A program made the translations under genes and the position numbers. From NCBI RefSeq assembly GCF_021869535.1, contig NW_026262712.1, forward strand, positions 70,680,001-70,744,000: DNA of 64,000 nucleotides, in the 5' to 3' direction. This document shows, piece after piece, positions 1-12,847 of the stretch. How positions within the stretch are numbered: the first letter of the stretch is position 1; every line of letters starts with the position of its first letter. The notes beneath the pieces are model-generated. The model ran no database searches, was not told where the DNA came from, and saw only the letters and a list, made by a program, of their open reading frames with translations. The DNA comes from Mytilus californianus (taxonomy: Eukaryota).

Positions 1-611
1 GATTATAGAATGTGTTATCTAAATGTAAACTTGTTTATCCTAGGGAATTCATTGCAATATCCGTCACTTCTCCTATAAATATGGAAGCACATGTAAAATT
101 GTATACAAACAAAAGCACGTGGAGAAACAACTTTAAAATAGGTGAGAAATAACAAGTTTATTTTCATTGTAGCTTAATATATAGACATATACATTTCTTG
201 TCATAATATTTGGTGACTTTATATACGATTTCAATATTTTTATGTAAATTCTTGTAAGATTTTGTCGGCATCAATCACATGCAAATATTATATTTGAGTA
301 CCATGTTTTGGTTGTGAAATCTAATATAATTGCGTTATTTGACAAATTTGTCATTGCTTTGAGACCTTTGGTTGTCTCTGTAAAATTCATTTACATTATT
401 TGTTTAGACTCGGTGATATATAGATCTTTAAATATTGTATAGACACCTGTATAATATTTTTCATAAGATTTTTCATCTTATACATCAGTGCTGCTTAATT
501 CTCAATTGCTTGAAACATCAAATATTGATATTATACTATACACGTGTATTCATTAATTAATTAATAAACCCTTCTTTTTAATACGTTATTTCTAATTCAC
601 AGGAAAAAAAT

Positions 612-3004
612 ATGTTGACACAGATTTATACATTATCTACATTTATTGCTGTCGTCTACGGGCACGGCAGACTAATATCTCCTCCTGGCAGATCGACAAT
701 GTGGCGCAATGGGCACAACACACCTAAGAATTACAACGATAACCAGTTATCTTGTGGAGGATTTTATGTAAGTCTTTATACTCTTATGGTCCGAGTACAC
801 AGTTATTTCGTAGTGCATTTCTTTTACACAATAAATGAAAATTAAAAAAATCCCACTTGCGCTTTCTCAATAATATTTTTACAGTGTGTTGTACTACTTT
901 TGGGACAAATTATATCAAAATTATAGAAAACTTCATCGGCTCTAACTCTAAATATGGACAATTTTATATTAAGGGGGTCTTGAAATCTTTTGACAGCTTC
1001 CGAAGTGCTTATTTTTAACCTTTTTCAGCTGGACCAAATCACTACTTTACTTTAAAATTCATGACCCAAATTTGTTTATAGTGTAATTTCATCCCCCTAC
1101 TTGCTATTTGAGGCATAAAACATGGAGAAATAAATTTGGAAGGGGTATAAAAAAAAAAATGGCAAGTAACACACTGTCCACACTACTGGCTATATTTGTG
1201 GACAACGAAAATCAAAGGACGATAACTGTGTACTCGGACCTAATAGTTAATCGTTTTAACAAAGAAATAAAACAAGGTTTCATGAAGAATTGATAAAAAC
1301 ATAATGATGTCTTGTACGACTTGATCTTAGAAACTGAGAACTGTCATTTACATTACAAAAAGATAACAAATATGCCTCTTTGATATACTAGAATATCTGT
1401 TTTATTTACTGACTAACAAATGATACAGTATGGGTATTCCAAACCCGACCAACAATGATTGCTTCATGTTGACGTAGTTTGTGATACTAATACTGCGCAG
1501 TACTCATTAACTTTTGAGAAAAGATGAACTTGCATGTATAATATTTTTTCAGAAACAATGGAAACTTAATGGAGGAAGATGTGGATTATGTGGTGACTCA
1601 TGGAACGAGGCTCGTGAGAACGAGGCTGGAGGAAAATATGCAACAGGCACCATTGTTAGTAAATTTAAGACCGGACAATGTATTCAGATTAAAGTTCAGA
1701 TCACTGCTACTCATCGTGGATACTTTGAGTTCCGTCTTTGTCCGGTTAACAATCCACGTCAGCCAGCCACTCAAGCCTGTCTAGATAGGAACCTACTAAA
1801 ACAACCAAATGGTCAGTCTAAGTTCTATGAACCAGGAGCAATTGGAACATATACAATTGATCTCGTTCTTCCTTAAGATCTTACCTGTACTCAGTGTGTA
1901 TTACAATGGAAATGGAATACAGGTTAGCATTGTTAAGATCAATGAGTTAAAGAGTCAAGTTAAAGGTAGGGACTTGTCGGTTTATGTTCGATTCCTGTAT
2001 TCTCCTTGTTGTCCATATTCTTTAGTTTTTCTGTTTTTCTTATTTTGTATGTTATTGTTGATTCTTTTGTAACAATAGCGGGTTTTACCGTTTATTTTTG
2101 GATTATAATTGGCTATTTTACATATTTGAAACGAAAATGATTACATTCATTTGTCCATTATGGTTTTATAAATACAGTATGATTTCATCTGCTTTACTAC
2201 ATAATTTGACAAATGTTTATTCGCAAAATTAACTCCTATGCGAGTAAATCGCGATGTGCCTAGAATTAGGCTTTGTTTGCTAGAAATTTCGGTAATATAC
2301 TTATTATATATACTTAGAAATAAGTTCGAATATATCTTATTTTGTAAACACAGATAATATTCAGATGTCTGATAATTTAAAAACACGTGTTATGTTATAT
2401 TTGTATTTCTCTAACCAATTAATTGTGAACTTAGATTTATTAATGCATCGTAGAACATGATAACATGTTTGTTTAAACCCACTTACAATACCTTCTAATT
2501 AAGAAAAGGCTTTAATTTTAAAAAATACATTAACGCAATAGTTTAAGTTATAGATACAATTGATAAGCCCTTATTCATGACAACCAAACCATTCGACCTC
2601 CGGGCTCATGGTTTCTTTTTCAAGAATCAACGCTTATTCATTGTATCTATAATACTTAAATGCTTACTATGCTTGTTTATTATTAACTGATTTTTTTGTT
2701 ATTCTTTCAGGGAACTCATAAAATTGTGATAATAACCATAACTGTTGTATTGGCTGCGGACCACAAGAACAGTTTTATGGCTGTTCAGATATAGCTATTT
2801 CATCGTCAGTTTTCTAATACTGGTGTTCAACAAGAACGCCCACTTGGTTTCTTACCAATTTCAGAAAAAACTGTTGGTACATGCCAGGCAACACCACTTT
2901 TCAAAAGTCGATATCCTTATGCAGACAGACATTGTGAATTACAATGCAACCAGAATAAATGTCCACCAAGTACATACTGCACTGATGCTTGTAGAATCCA
3001 CTGA
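612..3004 (+). pseudogene. AA15-type lytic polysaccharide monooxygenase (chitin-binding type-4 domain) pseudogene, 3 exons: 612-767, 1553-1922, 2711-3004
   Basis: Signal peptide followed by mature N-terminal His (YG|HGRLISPPGRSTMWR); motifs NDNQLSCGG, GRCGLCGD, ITATHRGYFEFRLC, CTQCVLQWKWNTG, GPQEQFYGCSDI and a Cys-rich tail. GT-AG junctions with matching phases (0, 1). Lesions: in-frame TAA 1874-1876, in-frame TAA 2719-2721, +1 frameshift in the T-run at 2810-2813. AATAAA at ~3130. Confidence 0.88.
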
Positions 3005-6000
3005 ATGTGGACGCATTTTACAAAATATATACTCATTTACTTACCTTTTTTTGATACAAACTTTATTTTGTTTACAAGGTTTTTATAAATGTATTTATTG
3101 CTATTGCATATTTATCTTTTTTTTTTACAAATAAAATCGTTTATTGATAGATTTGTTGTTTTTTCAAACACCAATAACTAAGTAACGGTCTGCAAAAGCG
3201 GTAAAAGGCTATAAATTTGACAAAAGAGATGGATAGATAGATATTTTATTCTCTAAAAGGTACAAGTTTACAGAGTAATACACTATATCTATGAAAATAT
3301 ACTACTCTAAGAACGTTTTGCAACACTTCCATTGAGATTTATTAGGGTCAAACTTTGAGTGCCCATATATTTGTAGAAAAGGCTCAAAATAATTTAAAAT
3401 TAAAAACATGCCTGTGTGAATTGTGTAAAGATTTGATTAAAGAAGAAAACTAAATAATTATGACACAAAATTTGGGATAAAAAGTGCATCTACCAATTTT
3501 TTGCGAGGAAATGTTAAGTTTCTGTTCAAGTGTAATTAATTATACAATCAGATTCACCTCTTTGTCAATTTTGTGCATTGCATGTATTTTTAACTTGATC
3601 ATGTACAAAATTTGTTGACATTGTGACTTTCAATAGTAACCCCTTCTCTCAAAGTTAAGGAAATTTGACCATAATAACTACTTCACTTTTGAATTCACAA
3701 ATGATAGAAGAATAAGAATACAAAAACTTAAAATGTAATTGAAGATTTAGTTTTTCTTTATTTTCCGTCAGAAGTTGTGTTGCAAAAGTTGTTTTGAGTG
3801 GTAAATAATAGAGTTGTAGGTATACTTCCTTTTGTAACAGATGATCAACAAGGTTTCTCATTTACAAGCCATCGGTGTTGAAGTGTATTACGACCTTAAA
3901 TCAAGACGATGAGGACATGCTTAATAAGACGTACAAACGCTGGTTACCACGATGTAACAAAAGCATGAGTAAAAATCCCACTCAGGTTTCAACAAATTTT
4001 GCTGTAAGAACTAACTTTGTTTGTTTAAATTTCATATATATGAAATTAGTTGTTCTAACCCGGTGTAATTCCTATTTGATATTTGAATGAAAATGTAAGT
4101 AGTAGATTTGTCAGATCTTTACACGTATTTATTTATTTGATACCATCAAAGGCGATATCTATGAAAATAATTCGGTTAATCTACACGTATGCATCAACAC
4201 TCAAGTACTGCCGTCAATATTGACAATTTACTAAACTAGATTAGTATTGATTAGAACAAAATAATGAAACATAAATCAACTAACTCATCAAATGATAAAG
4301 TGGGTGGATTTTGATATAGCTTGTCCGATAAAAAGTTCTGTATCCAAACTATATTTGCTTAAATCAGTTATCAAGTTAGTAATAAGGAAATCGTTTTATC
4401 TCGTTTGTTTCCAAACAATGTTGTATATAAATAGTACAGAGATGAAGAAGGTTATAGCTCTTTTACCCAGATGTGATATCTTATCATTCATTTAAAGAAT
4501 AATCATTACGGAGTGTTAAGAAAAGTCGAAATCTTCTAGCTGTATCATGTTAAGACCTTGAACTTCATGATGAGTTATGTCAAAAGATTTGAGCAATAAA
4601 GACCAGATTTCAGTTTCTTAATAGTAATTGATATATTTAATGGTGCAATTAAATATAAATAAGGAGATGTGGTTTGTTACCAATGATACATCTAACCCCC
4701 TCAGAAATGACGCACGTGTAAGTAAAAGCATTCAATAACGCCCTTACTTTAAAGTTAGCTATAGTAGTCCCCGTCATAATTAAAGGTAAAACAATGCAAT
4801 TAAGAAAACCTACTGCCTTATTGAATGATAATTAAACAATCAATAAAAAATAACATATACGACAGAGAGGAACCAACGGCAACAACCGAATCACAGGCTC
4901 CTGACTTTGATAAAGGCACATATAGAATGTTACGGGGTTAAACATGTTTTCGAGTGCTCAAACCATCCCTTAACCACATCTTACCGAATGGAATTATCCT
5001 TACTAGACTCAACTACGACAAAATAGAAATTAAAAAAGACGAAATATAAATAACAAGTTTCAAAACATCACACAGAAAATCAAAGATTTAGCAACACGAA
5101 CCCCATTAATAACCTATTTTAACTAGCTACTTCATGCTCTCAGGAAGGGTTAACAGTTTCAGCACTACTATATTTATACTTTTCACTCGTTTCGTAACTG
5201 CAACCAAAATTCGTTGATACGGCATTGTACAGTAGAAGTTCATGACGTCTTGGAGATTTGTGAACAAAAGTTCTATTAGAGAAAAGAAACAGACAACTTA
5301 ACTTAGACATTATTTTTACTTATCGGGTGCCACATATGGAGCAGGATCTACTTACCCTTCAAGAGTACCTGAGATAGCCCACTTTGATAGTGGGGTTCGC
5401 GTTGCTCAGTCTTGAGTTTTTGTTTATGTTGTGTTTTGTAGGCTAATTCTCTTTTCGTCGTTTTTCTGTTCTATGATTTTGCCATGGTCTTGTCAGTTTG
5501 TCTTCGACTTATAAGTTTGAATATTCATTTGGTAACTTCTGCCTCTCGTTTAGCTGAAGTATCAGATGTATATTGCATTTGTTTTACTGCAGTTAAACAT
5601 CCTACTGTATCCCGTTTACTAGAATAAATCCTGATGAAATGTAACTTAAACTTTCAGCAAAGAGTGCATGAGAGATAGGTATCCTTGTTTGAAATTGACA
5701 AATACAAATATGTCCGCTGAAAATTGATGAAAATGTACCCATGTAAAAATATAAAGACAAGTGATGGAGCTCTGTCTATCAGGTAGGTGATGTCAACGTC
5801 AACAATAATAGTCAAACGGCTAATGAATAGAACACAATGGTAATATTACCATTTGCTTATCTATTACAACATATATAAAAAATGTTCCCATTTGTTTGAA
5901 TTGAAATGTGCGTTCTTCTAATAAAATCGAATGTCGGATAAGACTATATCAACTGTTTCTATAGCAAAAGTTACAAACGCATTTGAGTTATTTACATCCA

Positions 6001-7703
6001 AGTCGTTTGGTATCTTGTGGATAATTGTTTCATTGGCAAGCATACAGCATCTCTTTATTTTTATATGTAAAACTTGCACAACTCAATATTCACATGGTAG
6101 TTTTCAAAAATGTCTTTTTATCTCATATGACCAAACAGGGTGTTTTTGGGTTTGTTTTTTTTTTTGGCTCCGTCATCTGTCGGTCTGTCGTCCGTAGACG
6201 TTTTATTTTTAAATATCTTTTCATTCAAAACTAATAATCATGTTTAAATAAAACTTGATATGATTGATCCTTATGTAATTGTTCAGATTATTTTAGTTAT
6301 ATATTACCCCATCCCTTACGGCTTTCCCTACAAAGTTCAAAATTATAATAGATAGACAGTAATTGTAAAGTACCAACGTAATAAGCAACACAAAATCTTA
6401 TAATTAAGATACTTATCTGACAGTCAATTGACTATTAATGGGGCTTATTGCCCTTAAATGACAATTGTTATTCTATATTTGTTATTATCCTATGATTGTC
6501 TTCACATCTGAAAATAACTGTTCCAATCTCAATAAATTTAAATTTCAATATGAGCGATCCTTATGTGATTAAGACTTAAGTTTTATAATTAAATTACGGT
6601 CGACATGACTGAAATAGAAAATAAGGATTTGAGGGCAAATGATATGGAAACTATAATAGATAATGAAAACATGACAAGTGCAAAAATACTCGCAGAATCC
6701 AAGTCAAATTCAAATCCTAAACCCAAACTAATTAACAAGCAAGTTCATATTTACAATGTGAATTACTTAGTCGTTAATATTCGGTTGAATGCAAGAAAAT
6801 GGTTATTTTAACAGCTTTTCATGTTTTCCTTCATTTGAACGTTTTTATCAAATTGGCATGTTTTTCCAAATGAGCAATTAATTCTTGAATGGTAAAATGA
6901 TTTATCCCTCTAATCTAAACATAAATTTGACCTCTTATGATCATGTCTGTAAATATAATTTTATATACATTCTGAAATTGTCCATGCTTTTATTGGATGT
7001 GACTCTAAATTGAAAAAATACCCAACTAAATATATTGATATCACAGGTATTCATCCCGCTTAAAATAAAAAAGTAAGATTCATCAGAGAGGTATAGAAAG
7101 GTAACATGCAATTTTTATACTTATTTTTTTATGTATTTTAAAAAATATACTGCAAAAAAAAAATTAAGACAAAAAATGTAAAGCACAAATAAATATTAAT
7201 GGCAGCACAAGTCAATCGTTTTAGAGCAATTTTTTCGTATATTGTCTTCCCTCTTATTGATTGGCAGATTATTCGTGTCATTTGGAGCATACATCATCTA
7301 AATTTAATCATTATTTACGCCTTTCATATCTAACAAAAATTTAATAATTTCCTGATTGATAATTACTATACTCAGACCTGAAAGTAAAATTTTAACTGAA
7401 AACGGGTTTCGGACATAATCTACTTCAATTGATCAACTTTTGATGTTATAGAGTTAAACCACTTAAAAAAAACTGTTATGTTGAGAACTTTAATACATAG
7501 TTCAATTGCCAAGATAAAATATGTACTAAGCAAGCTTCTAATAATATCCTAAATTGATCGGAGATAAAACTGGAGTACTTAAACCGGTGTTCTAAAATAG
7601 GCTATTTTAAGTGTAGTGACATGCAATATTATAAAATTGTTCAGTGTAAATATAGTGGGGATGTAGTTTTCCTGCTGTTGTAGTATCACATAGCTCTAGG
7701 AGT

Positions 7704-10241
7704 ATGGATCGGAGATTTTATCTACTTGTCGCAGTGACATTTTACATGATAAACAAATTGGCATTTGCTCAGTTTTGTGATATAAGTGATCTATTTGCCA
7801 ATTGCTCAAAGCGTGATTTATCAAACATTCCTCAGAATCTTCCTACAAATACAACGGAACTTGATTTATCGGAAAATGTCATAACCGAAATAGGAGCCAG
7901 AACATTAAACAGATATCGTAAGCTATTACATTTATACATTGCAAACAACAAAATAAGCTCCTTGGATAGTGATGCTTTTTCGGGCTTAAACGAACTAAAG
8001 GTGCTTACCCTAATAGGAAATCGATTAGATCATACAAAATATCCGAACAATGTTTTCCGTCCGCTCAGGAACATACAAGAACTTTACTTAAATCGAAACA
8101 TGAGGAGTCCTTCTCCGTTCGAGCCATTTTGCAATGGAAAACCTTGTAGATATTCCGATAAAGCGTTTAGCTGGTTGGTCAATCTTAAAGTTCTGTCAAT
8201 AGATTTATGTGAAAATCCAGAGTTTGGCGAAGGTTTTTTAAATATGAAAAATTTGCAGAAGCTTTCATTTGATTATTGCTTAGTTTGTAAATTAAGTAAT
8301 AAAACATTTGGAAACTTTAGAAATTCCAACGTCACTGTATTGAACCTTAGTCGATGCGAACTATATAAAATAAGTAAGTCTATTGAAGCTGGAATTTTCA
8401 ATCCGTTTTCAACTGTGACAAGTCTAGATTTATCAAACTCGTACTTTAGCTTAAAGCACGCTCTGAAGCTCTTATTTCCCTTCCGTAATAAGAAAATGGA
8501 CATGATAAATTTCCATCGTGTAAGTCGCGGATCTAGAACCAGTCCAGATAATCCATTTAAAATTGTTATTACAAGTGAAATGATGCAATATTTAAAAACT
8601 ATATGTGTGAAAACTCTTATCATGTCATATAATGGAATTGTTGATGTCAGACCTAACTCATTATTTAGTCATGATCACCCAGAGTGCTTTGAAAATATCA
8701 TAATGTCAGCGAATAGTTTTTCAGTGGAATATAATATCCAATACATGGAGGTTCTCAAATTATCAAACGCCGTCAAAAATCTGCGTCTCTTTGATTATTC
8801 GTACGTCCCGCTTCAGTTTTCAGACATGAAATTTATTCTCCCGCCAAATTCAATGATCTTAAACAATCATTTCCCGTCACTGTATACAGAAAGAAAACAC
8901 CCAACCAATATGACGTTTAAACTGCCACCAAAACTAGAAATTTTGCGTTTCAGTTATGTTATGTCAGGGTCCAGTTTGTTTAGTTTGATATTAAAAAATA
9001 CAAAGGCACTGAAATACTTAGATTTATCACATTTTGCCTTCCAAGAATTTCCTGATATTTTTATGCCCGAAGGTAACGTGTTAGAACACGTAGATTTTTC
9101 AGGAATAGATTCAAGACTTTATGTTGATAAGGGAGTAATTGAACTAATGCGAGACGTAAAAACTATTCTCTTACGTGACGCAAACTTAGATCTCACATTT
9201 AGAGAAGGGAAAAATGTTTTCAAGTATTTTGGAAACAGTACAGTTAATATTGATATTTCTTATAATCATCTAGTAACCCTTCCAAAGACATTTGGTGTGA
9301 TATCAAATTTAGAACACGTCAATTTATCTTTTAACTCATTCCGACATTTTCCGAAGTCTTTGACATCACTATATAATCTCAAAATAGTGGACTTGAGATT
9401 TAATCAGTTGCTTACCATAAACAAAAAGGTTACACAATGGGCTGACAATGTTTTCCAGAAAACGAATCTATCATTACTGTTAAAAGGAAATGAATTTGCT
9501 TGCACTTGTGAAAACCGGGACTTTTTGAAATGGCTTACGCAAACAAAGGTTTTATTGGATACAAATAGAACTTATTATTGTCAATTTGCCAATGGAACAA
9601 GAACAACCACTCGATTCGTTGTAGAACGATTTCATGAGACGTTTTCAGATTGCGATGCAATCGCTTGGTTACGTATAGGCGTCATTTGCATCGTTTCGTC
9701 CTTTGTCATCATTTGTTTTTCGGCTGTTATTTATCAGTTTCGATGGAGAATGGCATATTTTTTCTATCGAAAACTAAAAGTGAACTATTTAATCGAATCG
9801 GACGACGTTGAATTCAAGTATGACATCTTCGTTGCATATGCATCCGATTGCTGCGAATGGCTAATAGGTTCACTTCTACCAATACTAGAAAAGGAATGGA
9901 AATTGAGTGTTTGTGTTAAAGATCGGGATTTCCCGGTAGGGGTAGATCGAGCAGATACTGTCATCAACAGCATGCGAAATAGTAAATTTATCATTTTCAT
10001 AATTACACCAGGCTTCATCAAAAGGCAATGGGGAAAGTTCGAGATTGAAATGGCTAAATATGAAATGTTCGAGCAAAGAAAACAAAAGCGCATTATTGTC
10101 ATAATGAAAGATGGGACGTCAAAAGAAGACGTTCCTATTGAATTTAGTATTATATGGAAAGATGTAATTATGATCGAATGGCCTGGTGATGATATGAACG
10201 CAGAGAATGTGTGGTATGATCTGAAATTGCAATTAAGTTGA
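7704..10241 (+). CDS. Toll-like receptor, single exon, 845 aa (signal peptide, LRRNT, LRRs, single LRRCT, TM, TIR)
   Basis: Uninterrupted ORF. LRRNT CDISDLFANCSKRDL; LxxLxLxxNxI repeats; LRRCT LKGNEFACTCEN...YYC...DCD; TM WLRIGVICIVSSFVIICFSAVIY; TIR box1 KYDIFVAYA; BB-loop KDRDFPVG; WGKFEIEMA. Confidence 0.96.
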   Translation: MDRRFYLLVAVTFYMINKLAFAQFCDISDLFANCSKRDLSNIPQNLPTNTTELDLSENVITEIGARTLNRYRKLLHLYIANNKISSLDSDAFSGLNELKVLTLIGNRLDHTKYPNNVFRPLRNIQELYLNRNMRSPSPFEPFCNGKPCRYSDKAFSWLVNLKVLSIDLCENPEFGEGFLNMKNLQKLSFDYCLVCKLSNKTFGNFRNSNVTVLNLSRCELYKISKSIEAGIFNPFSTVTSLDLSNSYFSLKHALKLLFPFRNKKMDMINFHRVSRGSRTSPDNPFKIVITSEMMQYLKTICVKTLIMSYNGIVDVRPNSLFSHDHPECFENIIMSANSFSVEYNIQYMEVLKLSNAVKNLRLFDYSYVPLQFSDMKFILPPNSMILNNHFPSLYTERKHPTNMTFKLPPKLEILRFSYVMSGSSLFSLILKNTKALKYLDLSHFAFQEFPDIFMPEGNVLEHVDFSGIDSRLYVDKGVIELMRDVKTILLRDANLDLTFREGKNVFKYFGNSTVNIDISYNHLVTLPKTFGVISNLEHVNLSFNSFRHFPKSLTSLYNLKIVDLRFNQLLTINKKVTQWADNVFQKTNLSLLLKGNEFACTCENRDFLKWLTQTKVLLDTNRTYYCQFANGTRTTTRFVVERFHETFSDCDAIAWLRIGVICIVSSFVIICFSAVIYQFRWRMAYFFYRKLKVNYLIESDDVEFKYDIFVAYASDCCEWLIGSLLPILEKEWKLSVCVKDRDFPVGVDRADTVINSMRNSKFIIFIITPGFIKRQWGKFEIEMAKYEMFEQRKQKRIIVIMKDGTSKEDVPIEFSIIWKDVIMIEWPGDDMNAENVWYDLKLQLS

Positions 10242-12269
10242 TCGCAGTACTAGGTTTTTAACACTTGTTGAAAATTAATCTATAAATTTAATTGTTAGCA
10301 TGTAGATACTGCTATAAGAGTGGGATTTTGACGCTAAAAGAGAAGGTTACAGACGAATCATTGTATTTTCTAATTTAAACTGATTTAAAAACATAATTCA
10401 ATAGTTCATTTTTACGATTTTTACTAATGAAAGATTATTTTTTGAAAGATAATTGTTTTTTTCCTTCGAGAGTTAACTACTGTTAAATAAAAAGAATTCT
10501 ATTTTTCTTATTGCACTATCATTGACCCATTGACCACTTGTCATGAGAAAAGCAAAGAATTAGAAGAGTTTAGACCAGTGCATTAAATCAAATCTCAAAA
10601 GTTGTTATTGTCCTGTCTAGGTCCACCTCCTCATCGGCTAGTTTAAAGGAGACCAAGTTTTTATTTGCCAAACCTTATTTATCCTTTCCTTGCTACCATT
10701 CCAAGTGTTAACCACTCTGCTGAGGGTACCTATTTTTTTCAGAATAAGTATTCCAGAAATATATGCCACTGGATGCTCTGTCTTTTCATTTTCTTGACAG
10801 GTGGTATTTTTCTCTGAAATACATATGCTAAAAAAAATTTGTTATCAGAATTTTAATCCGCAAAATTCTGTTGTGACCATAACCTTAAATCAATTTTGAG
10901 CCTTTTTTACTCCGACAAGTGGTAAAATCTGATTTATTGCTCAACAATATTGCCCTGAAACTATCATATCATTAAATGGTCTCCTGAGAGACACTGTGAC
11001 CATGACCTTTCACCTTCTTGCCCAACAATTTATAGAAGTCTTGTTCTTTCTTATCAAATTAAATTTGGTCAAGGCTAATTGTATTGTTCAAAAGATATCA
11101 TCTGATATAATTTAATCTGGCCACAATGTTAGTCTATCAACTACTGACCTGGATTTACCTTCATTAGGAACGCTCAAAGCCGAATATTTGACCATTTCAA
11201 TCAATTGAGCCTTAATCAAAGTTAGTTTTGTAAAACAATTGTTCTAAGCTCAAAAGATTTTGTTGTGAAAAAAAAAAATTGATGCACAGAGAGCATTTAT
11301 CATGAAATTAAAAGCAATGGTGGATTGAGTGGCAATTCGCCTTAAAATAATCTAAAAGGACAATTACTCCAATGAACAGTCAATTAAAGTTTCAGTTAAT
11401 ACAAGGATTTATAACTAACTAATATACATCCATGGTCAATGTGACACATTTTTTTTATCATTTTTTTTAATTATCAATGAATACATATATCTTTCAAGAA
11501 GACAAAAAATGAAATGAGGTTAAAATCACTCAAATATTTATCATATGAAATATGAACACATAAAAACATGGCATCACATAAGCTATTCATGTCATAAAAA
11601 AACGAAAATACAAAATGTCAATCCAGTTTTGCATAAATATTAATACATATTCAATCAAGGTAAATTTATTCACCAACATTCAAAACAAAAAACATAAATA
11701 ATAACAGAGAAATCTTGTGTTGAACAGGGATATTTTGCAGCTAGACTATACAACTTTTACCAAATGTCAGCAAGATAAGTTTCATTAATAAAGATTATAC
11801 AAATAACCCCTTAGTTTACACATTACCATTTAGAATACTTAAAAATACACAAATTGTCTATTTACATTCCTAACAACAAAATGTTGTGGCAGTTTTTATT
11901 TGTGGTTAACTTATCATGACAAACAGTTTCAAATACAAATTGTGTCTGAATGTTTTCCATCTCATGAGTAATCCTTATTTCAGACAAAATTCAGCACTTC
12001 TGTAAAAATAATATAACAAAAATATAAGCTATTTGTTATTGTGTAAATCTATAAACATGACAAAATAATGAAATCTTCAGAAAGATACATTGCATATACG
12101 GTGGATCCATTGATTTCAAAATATAATAAATTTCATGGATTTAGTATGTAAAAACTATTTGAGAACTCACAAAATATATATCTACCATTGCACTGAAAGG
12201 AGCAAATTTTAAAACAAGAAATAATAAATCATTGAAACATTTATCTAATACAATGAAAAATGCTAACTA

Positions 12270-12475
12270 CTGTAAATTCAGAAATAATTGCGTGCATTTA
12301 TTATTGCGATTTTGTCGTTTTAGACTAAAATGCGATTCTAATTTTTGTGATATTGAGAACAATCCTGTTTAATTCATATAAAATATTTCAAAATGCGAGT
12401 TTAAATTATTGTGATTATAACCCTGTCACATTTTTCGCGATAATAAAAACATTGCAATAATTTCTGAATTTACAG
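12270..12475. mobile_element. MITE with TA target duplication (Tc1/mariner-type)
   Basis: TIRs CTGTAAATTCAGAAAT / ATTTCTGAATTTACAG flanked by TA on both sides; a partial related end lies near 30257. Confidence 0.7.
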
Positions 12476-12803
12476 TATTTCAATACACAGTAGTTTTCTA
12501 ATTCTAAACAGACTAATTCTAAAATCTTCTGATCATGATAATGCTATTTTGAAATTGAGTAACCTGTAAGTAGGAATTTCATATCAATCAGTATCAAGTT
12601 TGACAGTCATTATGTAATCAGTCTATATTAGGACAAGATTGTTTCTTTACAATTTTGACACTGGAAAATGTGTTTTGTCGAAACAAGTCACCAATACAAT
12701 GAAAATAAAAACCAGGAAATGAAATATAAATAAACTTTAAATGGCCAAAAATTGAATCTAAAGTGTACAATGCTTTTCATCTTAATTTAACTTTTAGATT
12801 TGA

Positions 12804-12847
12804 GTGTCACTGATGAGTCTATTGTAGACAAAACACACGTCTGGCAT
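12804..12847 (+). ncRNA. Degenerate minimal type I hammerhead ribozyme (retrozyme/Penelope-type relic)
   Basis: Stem I TGTCA/TGGCA; CTGATGA core 12810-12816; stem II GTCT-attgt-AGAC; AAAA in place of GAAA; short stem III ending in GTC. Confidence 0.55.

Noticed and set aside
1874-1876. Selenocysteine or readthrough explanation for the LPMO stops
   Set aside because: Both stops are TAA rather than TGA, and there is an additional frameshift.
2745-3134. 129-aa ORF MYWLRTTRTV...
   Set aside because: An alternative frame over LPMO exon 3; the recognisable protein lies in other frames.
8273-10102. Antisense ORFs within the TLR
   Set aside because: Shadow ORFs of the real coding sequence, with no recognisable domains.
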